Positions 10,601 through 22,416 of a stretch of DNA of 64,000 nucleotides are shown one piece after another (the first letter of the stretch is position 1; each line of letters begins with the position of its first letter). Position numbers and translations under genes: made by a program. Location: positions 1,054,001 through 1,118,000 of the forward strand of contig CBFFRQ010000018.1 in the NCBI GenBank assembly GCA_965644315.1. The letters are read 5' to 3'. Source of the stretch: Caecitellus pseudoparvulus. Its lineage: Eukaryota > Protista > Bigyra: Bicosoecida. The notes below the pieces were generated by a model, which was given only the letters and a program-made list of their open reading frames with translations, was not told the origin of the DNA and made no database searches.

Positions 10601-11469
10601 GCTTCCTGTCCTTTCGTGGCAGCCACGATGTCTCGGCTGCGGGCAGCTCGCTCCATGGGCCCGCCTTGCGAGCGAACGTCACTGCTTGGACTGGTCAGTT
10701 CCTGCAGCGATGTGCGCTTGCAATACACCAACTCTCGCAGAGTTGCCAGCAGCCTCAACGAGGAGGGGGGCGCCGGGAAAGCAAGACCACAGGTCGTCCA
10801 GTGTGATTCTGACAGTATGTCCGAGGCTGGAAAGTTGGTGGAACCGTGAAGTAGGTGTTGCTCCGAGCCCACATCCATCCGCCCCATGAGCGAGGGATGC
10901 ATGGGGGGTATCTCCACGCGGGAGAGAGGGCAATGCGACAGGGCCACTGCCGCAACTGCAAGCCCACCAACAAATGTCGATCTGCCGCCGTACATGAACA
11001 AGATTTCGCTGCGCGTGGCAGTGCGAACTCTTAGTGTGCTGAGCTGCAGCAATATGTCGCGGTTTGAGAACAACCACAGCCCCATGGGGGCCAGCGAGTC
11101 GTAGTGGCAGTGCTTAGCGTCGCCGTGCAGTGTGATGGTGAGGCTCTGCAGGCAGCTAATTGCCACCTTGCGGTGTGCGGAGCTGGCTGCGCCGAGATGG
11201 AGGCTGTCTGCCAAGGACAGGAAGCCACTGGACAGCGCCAGGCGAAGCGGCAGGGGCACGCCCAAGAGGTTCGCACCAGCGACACGCAAGGCGAGGGACT
11301 TGGACTTCTCAACCATGTCCCTTGCCCGGCAAATAGCTTCCTCTTTGCGCTTGTCATGCGGCGACAGGCCGCCGAGTGGAGTCAGGTCCAGTAGCATGTA
11401 CGCAAGGTCTGCACAGAGCTGGCACGGGCGCTCAGTTGGGTGCATGGCACGAAGCGAGGCCGAGCACAC
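7633..11469 (-). CDS. Large leucine-rich (RNI-like/LRR-like) protein, paralog A; start uncertain
   Basis: 1278-aa ORF with repeated LxxLxL patterns (LRELTT, LQRLSV, LKSLSL, IEELEI, LRSLHI). It is collinearly similar to the ORF at 12065..15817. Confidence 0.7.
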   Translation of the reverse strand: MCSASLRAMHPTERPCQLCADLAYMLLDLTPLGGLSPHDKRKEEAICRARDMVEKSKSLALRVAGANLLGVPLPLRLALSSGFLSLADSLHLGAASSAHRKVAISCLQSLTITLHGDAKHCHYDSLAPMGLWLFSNRDILLQLSTLRVRTATRSEILFMYGGRSTFVGGLAVAAVALSHCPLSRVEIPPMHPSLMGRMDVGSEQHLLHGSTNFPASDILSESHWTTCGLAFPAPPSSLRLLATLRELVYCKRTSLQELTSPSSDVRSQGGPMERAARSRDIVAATKGQEAFLHEPYLEPDRASRLKSTVLVWNLALPSPFLPALLLLHRHRTSLRELTTVVCVVSRPCRVLSNPTENMHSTQVGQVCIYDLLRRTRPEHDPPFVMCTEFGHEQEGAYSKPSSPFFPDPDRPETFPPLMCSQLRSMTVTWHANLTDDGIHVAEALQGTLHATTQAVHQHASHLQRLSVSIPMHAALVPDGALLQAISACTRLKSLSLRLECPWNSDTVARAQESAKRRRGAPAGDAGRPAQPLEVQAMMGLDQARELTSAFSAQVEQLLCSLGPHIEELEISCDSLGVLAAVRTAAPTFVNIKSCVVELSGAWAEVFAEPRPATKSFFVDWWGDRFPAEGGGLDPAAPASTPLQVWSSQFQDALAGITATIPRTHLRTLSLPADPFVKAMRGAEFEDALYFAALSACKGAEAAAAGSLTHLEGTVTSVESAMALHGAVLRHAATLRSLHITFARQDKDHAADVSAALGEVAASAGLLSHVEFTCCESLSPKLQGSWTFDSCAPDGAPLCPPDEVLVQLDSFFSALALDKGASLCLHLSPSPREMAALAACLHRQGTDASVSRLEVDASSAVSPGIRASDAAAAELWQALSTAPCLQACESLRLTDVPLGWLGQSTLVDLCQALSMLRELHLAPLIQVRRESVDEFKYRKSVGPAATERHFHFKKVWEYALTQPVLDGGWSCDAFELLEAHIACLDARDAGGNPVSGLARKWCGGLDWLLGLAAGFPRSDCSIRTTAFEMSRALRVIVTSRLGTATSTVLQLAAGGAWPGMKSLSLTVVNLSAEDLLAWARLAAGTGCPRVATNMQYTSTAEFALVMSKYGAQADTHMPQWAPPFSDAAPLTHDMSLTEIEVQHGPAMARAAELYRAVAHRANWDFVNSSHVHGNRRRRPRMRPARLPTLRSLIRENHILLPGRGGPHPPCAARPIEFVYEHEMEEETDYFSEDEVVPDSEEDMWACADTQPGQAADPQLDQARGMLGFLRRQFEQADSE

Positions 11470-11987
11470 ACACCATTCAATATCGCAGCTTCCACGCGCT
11501 CCGGCTCCAGCTCTTCACGGGGCACACAAGAGCCTGCCATGCTTGCTCAGTGCACGGACGTGCGGAAAATGCCCACCACGCCGAAAGCAGGGCGACCACG
11601 CCAAAGGCAGGTGAGCGACGAGTGCCTTTGAGCAATGGGGGTTGAAGGCGGGGGCCAGGAAGGCACTGTCACGGACACTGTGGCGCTTTGGGTGCCAGGG
11701 ACTACTGTGCTGAGGTCGCTCCCGCCCCAAGTACCCAAGACAGCTGCTCGCCACACACGTTGGTCTGGGTTGCATCAGGTGATGGGCCTGCCCCCCTTGG
11801 CGCTTCCCGCGCAGTTCCCTACAGAACGCAACATCCCCACGCAAGCAAAACCCAACGCCACAGCACCTGACGCCAACTAACGTTCGCACACCCTTGCTTG
11901 CTCTCCGGTTGGCTGTGAAAGCCCTAGCTTTCGACGGCCCAAGCGCCAGCGTGAGCAGGTCGCCGACGACAGCAATACAGCTCCACC

Positions 11988-14900
11988 ATGGCTGGCTCCG
12001 CCGGATCCTCGGGCCTCAAGGCCTTTGACAGGGACAACCTCTTACTGGCCATCGAGTACAGTGAGTGGGCGCGTTGTCCACGACATGCTCGCCGCAAGGC
12101 GCCATGGAGACCCTTGAGCGTGTCGCAGGTATGGCGGAAATTGGGCACTTGGCTGTGCCTCTCGGCAAGTTGCAGCTTGGGGAGCGTTACGAAGAGCTGG
12201 CTGCCGCAGCGCGAGACTCCATGGCCGATTGCGAAGATTTGGCTGAGAGGGTGCATGCGACTCCTCCTTCCGAGCTACCACTCCCACTGCGCATGGTGCT
12301 GGGCAGCGGCTTCTTGAGCACTGGGGAGATGCTGCAAGTGGGCTCCCTCAGCCTTGCTGCGCGCCGCGAGGCCATTTGCAATGTCCAGTGCATATCCATG
12401 TCCATCGATGGGTCCCAGCTGAGCGGAGACTCGGGAGCCTCCGTGTACGACGCCCTGGCACCCATGGCCATGTGGGTGCTTGCCAATGGTCGCCTTCTGC
12501 GCCGGCTGCACACTTTCAAAACTGACGGCTGGGATGCACAAGGGTGCCAAGGATCCACGCTAGTGGCAGCTTTGGCTCTTTCAGAGGCCCCCCTGAGGGT
12601 TCTCACAGGCAGCCTCTTCGCCCCGCACACCTTCGAAAGGGACGAGGAGGAGTGGCAGGACCGCATCAGGGACACTGACGTGTCTCCCATCCGTCGCCTG
12701 TACTGCCAGCGGGGAGATTCACTCCCTGAATCACCTGATGTGCTGCCAGTGTACTCGCCCGCCTATGCGGCCGTGGGGCACTTGCAGCAGCTGCTGCAGG
12801 GGCTATTGTCGGCCAAGGCCAGCACCTTGTGCCGTGTGGGCCACAGTGCACTGGAAGACCAGACCTGGGCCTTGCATGATTCGTTCGCCTTCGAAGCAGA
12901 CTGCCAGTGCATCGAGAGGTATGAGGGGCGGCTTGTAGCGCCCCTCATGCTGTCTGGGGCTCGTCTGACGTGCCTGCACACTGAGCTGTGCTACTGCGCG
13001 GGAGCGCAGCAGAACGCCACTCTGGGGCTTTTTCGCGATGGTGCTGACTCCCTGCGCGAAGTCTTTGTCATAGTCAGCTCGGATGGGGACCTGGACGGCC
13101 CTTTCACTTTCCAGAACATGGACCGGGTTGCTCAGCACCTGGGTGGAGATGCCAACGGCATTCCAATGGCTGGCATGGGTGCACCGAGCGCGCAGAACCC
13201 GACAAGCTTTCCTCCTCTCATGTGCACTGCCCTGGAGACGCTGCGCGTGCAAGTGGAGATCTCAGACGAGCCAGTCCCAGACAAGTGGAACGTGCTGCAA
13301 GGCGTGCTCGGCGCCGTCGCAGCCACGCTCCGGAAGAATGCCGGCACGCTGCAGAACGTGTACCTTGATATGGTTGTGAGTGCAAACACTGAAGCGACAG
13401 AGGACTTGCTGCAAGCCTTGGAGGGCGTCGCACACCTGAAGCGGCTCTCCTTGCGCTTAAAGCTGCCTTGGATGAACCACGGCATGTTCGACGCGCTGGA
13501 GGAGGCTGATGAGGTGCCTGCAGAGTTGACTCATCTGGTCGCCCCCGAGCCGCAGACCAGGCACATGGTGGAGGCTCGCCTTGGCGATGGCATCCGTGGC
13601 GTGCTGGGCACTCATGCTGCCGAGTTGGAGGCGCTGTGCATGTACGTGTCCACCGCACAGGATGCACTTGCATTGCTGGAGGTCGCCCCAATGCTGACCA
13701 ACCTGAAGCACTTTGACGTTGAGACTGCGGGCCGTCTCAGATTTGACGCTGAAGCCATGGCTGAGGACCATGCTGATGCGGCGTATGAGTTCGGCATTGG
13801 GGGAGCCCTCCCAGAAGACTTGGTGGAGTCTCTGGACGCCGAGGTGGACGAAGAGCTCTTTGGCGGGGAAGGCTGGCCCCTCCCTGAGCCAGTGATGGAG
13901 GACGCCAGTGATGCGGGGCGAGCATGGCAGCAGTACGTGCACTCTGCAGTTGCAGTGCTGTGCCATGCTGTTCGCACACTGGGCAGCCCCTTGACAGACG
14001 TCGACCCGACCTGGTACTCTTCCAGTGACGCACTGGCCCCAAACCTGCTGACTCGACGCCTAGCAGCTCTCGCAGCACACTCCCAGAGCTTGAAGGCCTT
14101 GAACATTCCTTCACATTCCGCCACAGAAGGCTGGTGGAGCAGGCCCGTCGCTTGCCGTGCCTTGCAGACGCTGTTTTCAGCACCCGATAGTGCCTTGGCT
14201 TCCGTCACCTTGCCGATGCCCGGACGCTGCTCCCCCGAAGAGCAGGCAGCAGTGGATGCCGTGGCCAGCACCTTGCCGCCACTGCGGGATGTCAACTTTT
14301 CTGCGTCAGGAAGGCAAGGGGTGGCTGGCTGGGCAGGCGGCTTCAACCCGGAAGTGCACCGGTGCAACCTGGCCGCTTGCCTCGCAGCTCTGCAGTTCAA
14401 GCCAGGCGTTCCTTGTGAGTTGAAGGTTGGGTTCTCTATGCAGCCACAGGAGCTGAGGGCACTGGCGAGTGCCTTGGAGTCGCAGCCTGAAGGGGTCATG
14501 CTGCGCGAAGTGTCCTTGAACTTGGGTGCGAGCCACGATGGGCTGGAGCCTTCTCCAGCAGCGGCAGCCGCGCTGTGGGATGCACTCGCCACCGCGCCTT
14601 GCTGCAGGGACATTGAAAGCCTCACTCTTCGGCACGTTCCACCCGCCTTCTTTGCGTCTCCCAGCTTCCTGCCGGCACTCATGTCTCTGTACAAGTTGAA
14701 ATCTCTCGACGTCCGCGCAGGAGACATGGAGATGTGCTGCATTTCGCTGACTGACCTGCCCGGGGAGGAGGATGACGATGAGGAGCCCCTTCCAGGCGGG
14801 GAGATGGAAGACTGCAGCTTGCAGGCCATGCATGCCATGCTCTCCCGCACCGACCTGCCCGACGACTGGGTTCGGAACGACACCGCCATTTACGGCTACT

Positions 14901-15817
14901 TCATGAGCAAGGCAGAACTTGGCAAGGGTGCGTTGACAAAGCCTGAGCAAGTTGGGCAGTTGAACCAGCAGCTGGGACGGGTGCTGTTGGACACTGTGGC
15001 TGCACACCCCCTGACCCCTTCGACCCCCGAGCTCGTGAGGCAGACTGTGCAGTACGTGAAAGGCGGCGAGCGCCTCGCCTCTAATAGCAAGCGCCTGCAT
15101 GACATTGTGGTCAGCATCGTCGAGTGTCAAAGTGGCTCCGCCACTCGGGCACTGCTCCAAGCAGCAGGTCAAGGGCACTGGAAGCACCTTGGGAAAGTTC
15201 GCCTGTCCTTGGCAGTGGCGACTGCAGGCGACCTGCTCTCCTTCTCAAACATCGTCTCAGCAGATGCGCCCACCTTGTGCACGGCCTCTATCTCTGCCAT
15301 GGCTTTTGACGTTGACTTGCCTGAGCAGCTGCAGAAGTACGGCCAAACCTGTGCGTTGGCAGAGCTGCAAGGCGCCGCGGAGGACCCTGGCGCGTTGGGC
15401 CACACCGTTCCTGCTGAGAAGGCTGCCGAGTTGCTGGACCTTCCCGTGGCCGTGGTGCAGGCGTATCGCCGCCTGGCATTGGTCACGAGCTTGCAGCGTG
15501 TGTGCTTCGAGGCAGCAGGAGGCGGGCAGGCTTTCGACCCCGCCAGGGCGAGGAAAAGCCCCTCTGTCTTCCAACAGATTCAGGAGGACTGCGGCATCGA
15601 CATCGATCTCCTGCCATTCTCTTACCGTTCTTCGACCATCACCGTTTCGGAGCCTATCGTCTTGCCTGACAGAGTCAAGTCGGGTGCAGTGGTCCTGCCA
15701 GACTACCTCAGCCCGGAGCAGCCATGGACCACAGGGGTGGCATCCGGCAGCAGCTCGGACGAGGAAAGCGAGTCAGGTTCTGATGGCAGCGACCTGGGCA
15801 GCATTGGGTCAATATAG
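11988..15817 (+). CDS. Large leucine-rich (RNI-like/LRR-like) protein, paralog B
   Basis: 1250-aa ORF (12065..15817) with LxxLxL repeats. A possible first exon at 11988..12060 joins in frame through a short gtgagt...aag intron (12061..12098); this exon is low confidence. Confidence 0.7.
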
Positions 15818-16046
15818 GCGATCTCCATTCCTGAGTTTCTTTCCGTGAACGTGACGCTTTCGACACGATGCCGGGACGCGACAGCAATGCACACGTAGCC
15901 GCCAAGAGCAATCCCCCCCGCGCGACACAAACTACTGCATGCGTCCTCTGGCGAGTACGCACCGCATCTTTGTGTGACACAGTTTTTGCAGCGCAGGTCC
16001 TGCTGCCGTCCCGACCAAGTGGAGTGCGCCCTCCTGTCCCTCCATC

Positions 16047-18514
16047 ATGGCAGCCGCCGTGGCCATGCCAGGCCGCACCACAGGGCACATGGTGTACCCA
16101 GGAGTGCCATCACAGACGCCCACAGCTGAAGTTGTGGAAGACAGGAGGAAAGCATCAGATGGATCGACAGTTGTGCGCAGGTATAGCAAGGGGCGCCTGC
16201 TGGGGAAGGTGAGCAGCTTGTGGCGCGATGCCTGCTGCCGTTAGCACTGAGCAGGCACCGGTCTCCGCTTCGCCCACAGGGAGGCTTCGCCAAGTGCTAC
16301 AAGTTCATCAGCCTGGCAACAGGCGTGGAGTGTGCTGGGAAAGTGGTTGCAAAGACGTCCCTTCAGAAATCCCGCACGAAGCAGAAGGTGAGCCTCAACG
16401 CCTGGCGGCGGTGCGAAGTGCGGCATTTCATCACCCGCGCGGCTGCCTCCCGATCAGTTGCTGGCTGAAATCCGCATCCACCGCGCGCTGAGCCACAAGA
16501 ACATCGTCAGATTTGATTCCTACTTTGAGGATCGATCCAATGTGTACATCATGTTGGAGATCTGCAGCAATCAGGTGCGCTCGCCCTCTCGCGTCCAAGC
16601 TGGCGTTTCGTGTGTCACAGGTGTCACAACATTGCCCCGCAGACCCTCATGGAGCTGGTGCGGCGCAGAAAGCGCCTGACTGAGCCCGAGGCCCGTTTTT
16701 ACTCCCTTCAGCTCCTGGATGCCATGCGTTACATGCACGGGAACCGGGTCATCCACCGTGACCTGAAGCTTGGGAACCTCTTCCTGAACTCAACGCTGGA
16801 CCTCAAGGTGGGCGACTTAGGCCTGGCAACCTTGCTGAGCCATGATGAAGAGCGCAAGCGCACCATCTGCGGTACGCCCAACTACATCGCCCCTGAAATC
16901 CTCATGAACTCCCCCGACGGGCACAGCTACGAAGTTGACACTTGGAGCTTCGGGGTCATTCTGTACACCATGGTAGTGGGGAAGCCCCCCTTCGAGACCT
17001 CGGACGTGAAGAGCACGTACCGCCGCATCAAGCACAACACGTACTCCTTCCCCTCCTCTGTGCCCATCAGCGAGTCTGCCAAAGACCTCATCACGCGCCT
17101 GCTGGCGCACCAGCCAGTGCACCGGCCCAACCTGCAGGCGACGTTGAGGCATGCCTGGTTCACGGAGCCTGGCGCCGTGGTGCCGCGCAGGATGCCTGCC
17201 ACCTGTCTGTCGTCTCGCCCTCACTTCTCCGCCTCTGACCTCATGCCTGCTGCCGATGCAGTGGCTGCCATCTTGGCGGCGCCCGTTGGAGGCCTCGTTT
17301 CGCGCGCATCCACGCGCAGATCCGCGCCTGTCGACGCTGCCGACCCAGAAAACGCGCACATCGTGCCAGCGGCCAAGGGCGGTGACCGCACTGCAGGTCT
17401 CAGTTCCCAAACTACCCGTGCTCCTCTGCGCTCCGTGGACATGAACGCGCACGGCGGCGTGGCCGGGCACTCCCGCCAGCAGCCTCTGGCTGCTTCAAAG
17501 CCGGCACGCACCACCTCCGCTCATCCAGGCATTCAAGTGTACACGGGGCCTGAGAATGTGGCGCTGCCTGCTGCCCCCCCTGCCGCACCGGCGCCGACTG
17601 CCGCGGGGCTGGCACGGCTGTCTGCCCCTCCCCCACGCGCAGCCACGCCGCCTCGCGCCAGCCACACGCCGGCTTCGGGCACAGCCAGCAGCGCAAGTGG
17701 CGCTGGCGCTGGTGTGGGTGCGCGTGTGCCAGATGTTGAGACACTGCGCAAGATGCACAGCACATTGAGCAAGTCCGGGGCGGGGCGGGCAGGTGGCCGC
17801 AATCTTGCTGGTGACCTTGCTGCGGCAGGGGCTTCCCATGCCACCCTGCACACGGTGGGTAGCAACCCAGCTGTGCCAAGTGGTGTGCCGCCCACGTGGG
17901 TATCTGTGTGGGTGGACTACACCTCCAAGTACGGCGTGGGCTACCTCCTGTGCAACGGCTGTGTGGGGGTGTACTTCAACGACAGCACAAAGATCGTGCT
18001 TGCTTCAGATGGGCAGCACTTTGAGTACATTGAGCGGTCTGGCACCACCACTGACCCGAGCTCGGGGGCCAAGCGAAGGCTTGAGGCCCCGCGACAGGCA
18101 TACACGTTGGACAACTACGCTCCCGCGCTGAAGAAGAAGGTGACCCTGCTGAAGCACTTCAAGAGCCACCTGCTGGAAGAGCAAGAAAAGAAGTCCCACG
18201 TGGCCGAGGAGGAGCGGGCGTCCCTTGCGGCAGGCTCCAGCAGGGAGGACATGCCCTACTTGAAGAAGTGGATCCGCACTCGCCACGCGCTCATTTTCAG
18301 GCTGTCCAACAAGACAGTCCAGGTTGCTTTCATGGACGGCACATCCATCACACTGTCCTCTGAGCTACCGCGCATCACGTACGTAGGGAAGGAGGGGGAA
18401 CGGTCCTACCACGCGCTGGCTGACCTGTCTGCCGCTGACCGGCCGGACATCGCCAAGAGACTGAAGTACACTAAGGACATCCTGCATCAGCTGATCACTG
18501 GCTCTCGCAAGTGA
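16047..18514 (+). CDS. PLK1: Polo-like kinase
   Basis: Four exons (16047-16208, 16280-16387, 16458-16574, 16643-18514) reconstruct LGKGGFAKCY, AGKVV, EIRIHR, HRDLKLGN and TICGTPNYIAPE. C-terminal polo boxes: WVDYTSKYGVGY, GVYFNDSTK, KKVTLLKHF, LKKWIRTRHALIFRLSN. Confidence 0.96.
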
Positions 18515-18557
18515 ATTGTGGGGTCTAGGCTGCAGAAATGCACACATAGCTAGTCCA

Positions 18558-20945
18558 TCAAGGCGCTGCAGTACTCGTCACGTACGTGCGCAGACACAGC
18601 GGCCAGGCACTCTCCCGGCAAAGGGACGCGAGCAACTTGACCAGTCCTCGGTTGAGTGGGACTTCTGTTGGGAGGGGCAGCCGGCGACCGTTACCGGAAA
18701 CCACGCCAGCAGCGGCCAGGACTGAGCGGGTGACTGCGGCCCAGTCCACGCCTTCGAAGCCCTCCACCAGCATGGGGGCACCCGTCCGGGTGTGCAGGAT
18801 GCCGCCGTTGTACTGCACCGCAGCATTGGCAGCCTCGCGACCCCATGGTACGAGCTGCTGGCACAGCTGCCGCATGGCTTCCCCTGCCCTCGCTGCCCCT
18901 CGCAAGTTGTCTTCCTGCGCAGCTTCGGCCTCTTGTATAGCTCCTGGGCGGCCATTCTTCACTGCATCGTGCCAGCGCTTGGTGGACTGGACGTCATCCA
19001 GCACATATGTGCCTGGAATACTGGACACTAGCACACTTTCCACCCAGTCAATGACTGGCCGCAAGGCGTTAGGGGGCGCCACAGCCCCTTCAGGCAGTCG
19101 AACGCAAGCCAGCTTGGGCCATGCTTCCGACAACTTTGCATCAGCCACATCCTGGCGGTACCAGGCCTCCGCTCGACCCACCATGCACTGCGTGTATCTG
19201 CACGAAAAGACACTGTCAAGCGTGGGAGGTGGCGCTTGCATGGCTGCCGCCAGGGCTGGTGGGGGAGGCGCCCCGACTCCCGGGTGCCACGGTAGCGCCT
19301 GCCCAGCGTGCAGAAAGCTCGGTGCCAAGCATTCAGACGCAGCTAGAGTTGAGTTACCACTGTACCTGGGCAGCTTGCCGAGCAGAGATGGCAGGCGGCG
19401 CGTTTCCAGGGGCAGAGCCAAGTCTTCCGCCGCCGCCTGACGACAGGCGTCCGCATCAGCAGCTGACAGCACGTCCAGCCACACTGGCATGGCTTGCGCG
19501 CCGTACGTATCTTTCGTATTCCAGATAAACCTCTGCAGTCGAAACCCCCAGAACTCGTCTGGAACTGCGCCGAGATTGTTCACTTCGGCCACGAGCGGGA
19601 CGCTGGCCGGCGCTCCAGCAGGATCCTGCAGCTGTGCGCCAATGTGCAGAGCTCGCTGCAAGGCAGCTATCCCGGACAAGCTACCCTCGCTGCTCAACCA
19701 CACCTCTGGCATGTACAGGCGCGGGTACAGCCGGCGCACCCAGCGAGCCCGCACGTCCACATCCAGTGCCCAGGACAGCAGCATGTCCAGTGAGTCCCCG
19801 CCCTGCACGCTGGAGGTGATGGACAGTGTCCGCCAAGAGGCAGGGAAGGGTCCTCCCTCCCATTTCGTCGGCAGTGGCTGCATCCCCAGGTTTCTGTGGG
19901 CTGTGAGACTTCGCAGGGCTTCCGCGGCGTTCTGCCGCAGGCGCACCAGGGACACGGAGAAGTAGTCCTGGTGAGAGGAGGGGCCGAGGAGGTAGGGCAG
20001 CACTACATCGCTCCACACTGATAGGAAATCGGGCGTCGTGTCGCAGTAGGCGTCACCTGTGCGGCTGCTGCCGCGTTCCAGGACTGCCTTGTTCCATGTG
20101 GACTTGCCCGGGTGTTCGTGCCCAGCGAAGACGAACTCCTCAGGGACGGTGGGCGGCGGTCCCACCGACCTGTTGACGCCCGGCACGGGCGCTGCAGGCG
20201 TGGCAGTCAGTGGAACCCAATGTGTTGCAGATGCTGCCTCCCCAGACAGCGTGCCCACCTGCCGCCAGCCAGCCTGAGCAGCTGTGTGCACGCTGAACAG
20301 TGGCACGCCTGCCTCTGAGCCCTCCCTGGGGGTGTCAGATGTGTTCACGAACGGCCGCCGTTGAAGTTCAGAGAGGATGCTGAGCAGCTTGCGACTGCGC
20401 GTGGCAGCTGTGGGCCCAAGGCCCCACGCAGCGGCACTGCTCCCTGCCTCGGCCACCGTGGGGGTCCTGTCAAAGAAGCAACTCACGCCCTGCAGCGCAT
20501 CCAGTGCGCCCGCAAGTACAGCGGACCCCGTCCACGTTGTCGCGGCAGAAAAAATTAGCCGCCTTGAGGGTAGGGCGCCTGCCGCGGTCGACTTGCTGCT
20601 TTGCTGGGCGACGCTGGCCAGTCGCTGCATCCATGGCAAAGGAGTTGGCAGGCCATCAGACTCGCTCGCGGGAGATGGGGGCTGTGTGGTGGGCACCAGT
20701 GGTGACGGGGATGGTGAGATGGGACCTGCGGCGCTATTCGCCGCGGGTGTGGTGAGGGGAACGCGCGTGCGCTGTCCCTGCTCAGGCTGCGATCGGATGC
20801 TGAGACCAGCACTCCCTGCAGAGGATCGTACTCCCGGGACGCTCGGTGAACAAGAGCTCCACCACAGCAAGGATGCGGCTACAAATCCTAGCAAGAATAC
20901 AAGCATGGCCTTGCGGGTGCTTAAGGTGACCTGCAACTGTGCCAT
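18558..20945 (-). CDS. Type II membrane protein, possibly a degenerate sulfotransferase-fold protein
   Basis: N-terminal single TM (MLVFLLGFVAASLLWW) and a Ser/Pro stem, then LIFSAATTWTGSAVLAGAL, which resembles a sulfotransferase 5'-PSB loop, and LVRLRQNAAEALRS, which resembles a 3'-PB motif. Confidence 0.55.
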   Translation of the reverse strand: MAQLQVTLSTRKAMLVFLLGFVAASLLWWSSCSPSVPGVRSSAGSAGLSIRSQPEQGQRTRVPLTTPAANSAAGPISPSPSPLVPTTQPPSPASESDGLPTPLPWMQRLASVAQQSSKSTAAGALPSRRLIFSAATTWTGSAVLAGALDALQGVSCFFDRTPTVAEAGSSAAAWGLGPTAATRSRKLLSILSELQRRPFVNTSDTPREGSEAGVPLFSVHTAAQAGWRQVGTLSGEAASATHWVPLTATPAAPVPGVNRSVGPPPTVPEEFVFAGHEHPGKSTWNKAVLERGSSRTGDAYCDTTPDFLSVWSDVVLPYLLGPSSHQDYFSVSLVRLRQNAAEALRSLTAHRNLGMQPLPTKWEGGPFPASWRTLSITSSVQGGDSLDMLLSWALDVDVRARWVRRLYPRLYMPEVWLSSEGSLSGIAALQRALHIGAQLQDPAGAPASVPLVAEVNNLGAVPDEFWGFRLQRFIWNTKDTYGAQAMPVWLDVLSAADADACRQAAAEDLALPLETRRLPSLLGKLPRYSGNSTLAASECLAPSFLHAGQALPWHPGVGAPPPPALAAAMQAPPPTLDSVFSCRYTQCMVGRAEAWYRQDVADAKLSEAWPKLACVRLPEGAVAPPNALRPVIDWVESVLVSSIPGTYVLDDVQSTKRWHDAVKNGRPGAIQEAEAAQEDNLRGAARAGEAMRQLCQQLVPWGREAANAAVQYNGGILHTRTGAPMLVEGFEGVDWAAVTRSVLAAAGVVSGNGRRLPLPTEVPLNRGLVKLLASLCRESAWPLCLRTYVTSTAAP

Positions 20946-21260
20946 TCGGCCTTCGGAAGAGTTTCACGGGAGTTTCAACGGGCGGTAAACGAGACAGACG
21001 ACATGGCCACAGCATCAGACTTGAACTTGAGCACCTCTCCGTAGTCCCCATTCTAACAGAGCTTGGCTGAGGGGGGTGGGCTGCAGTGCATTTGCATGTG
21101 TCCGCCTGAGTCCTCTGCTCACAAGTCCAAAAAGACAAGATGTGCGGGCAGCTGGCTGCTGGCTTTGCTGCGTCGGCTCCCGCACCCAGCAGGGCGGTGG
21201 CATCAACAAAGCAGTACTGCCCGTACAGTTGGGAGTGCCCTTGCGCCCAGCTGCTAGCTC

Positions 21261-21930
21261 TCACCGCTCTGCGTCAGGCACATTGTGCACCTCACGGAAC
21301 TCCCCAGCCACCTCATCCGCACGTCGAATAGCCGCAGCAGACTCGTGCAGCACCTCCGTGATGTCAAACATATCCATGTGCTTTGCGTCGAACTCGGCCT
21401 TGTTGCCGTCCACTGTGCGGGGAGCAAGGAGCGCAGGACCGTGCGCTTTGCAACGAAACCAATCGCGCAACCAGTGAGCGATCACGTGTTGTAGCAAGCC
21501 GGCGCAGTGAAAACTGGCACCACAGTAACTCCACAAACTCACCAAACTCTGCCTTGATCACGGGGTCGGCCTCGGACAGCGTCATCGTCACAGCACACTT
21601 GGGATAAAAGCCACGCATCTGTGAGGTACGGAAGACGAGCACCATGCGAACTGCACTGATGCAAAACCTTGAGCAGGGGGCACTTTGGTGGTGTTGCTGT
21701 GCGCACCTTCTTGCTGTTAGCCTGCCGGAACAGCTCCCTGCGGCAAGCGGGCGGTGCAGCTGTGGGAGTGCGGAAATCGCAGGGGGGCTCAGCACCAGAA
21801 CGCACTTGCAGCCGCTCGTGCCAGCAGCACTTGGATCCAAACAAATGTCCAATTTGCTCAGGTAGGGCACAACAGACGGCCAGTTGAAGCGGCTCGCCAG
21901 CCGGATGCGAGGGGCCAAAGGGCTTGGCAT
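21261..21930 (-). CDS. Mitochondrial large-subunit ribosomal protein mL53-like
   Basis: Four exons (21930-21806, 21737-21707, 21618-21543, 21412-21261) splice in frame to YLSKLDICLDP...KELFRQANSKKMRGFYPKCAV...PVIKAEFVDGNKAEFDA, matching the mL53 (L51/S25/CI-B8 fold) pattern. The N-terminus is Arg-rich. Confidence 0.7.
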
Positions 21931-22416
21931 GGCGCTCAAGTTCAGAGTATGACTGGCTTCAGGGGTCTAGGCACAGGTGCATGCCCGTCAAACACGCACT
22001 CGAGGAGATGATCGTGCAGGAGGAGGGAATGGAAAGTGTTGACAGAGTTGGTATCCGTTTTGGGGGCGGGCGCGATTGCCATTCCGCACGGAGCGCTCAA
22101 GTTGTTGCGAAAGGACGCGTCAGGTCTGCTTGAAGCGAAGGCGGGCTCTCGATCGTGCCCGTGTCCCCTTCATGGGGGCCAGTCTTGTGGTTTCACACCA
22201 AATCGGCACACAGCTCAAACACCAGAGCACACCACATCGTACCCCCTCTCTCCTCAATGCTTGCATTGGGCTTGCAGCACCAGCCTGCTTTCTTTCCTGT
22301 GCATTGGGTTGCCGCCTTTCCAGCGACGCACGCCAGTAGAGTCTTCAGCAGCTCGATCCGTTGCGTCCCTGAACGCGCCGAGTCGTCAGCAAGAGAACCC
22401 ATAGTAACCCGTAGCC

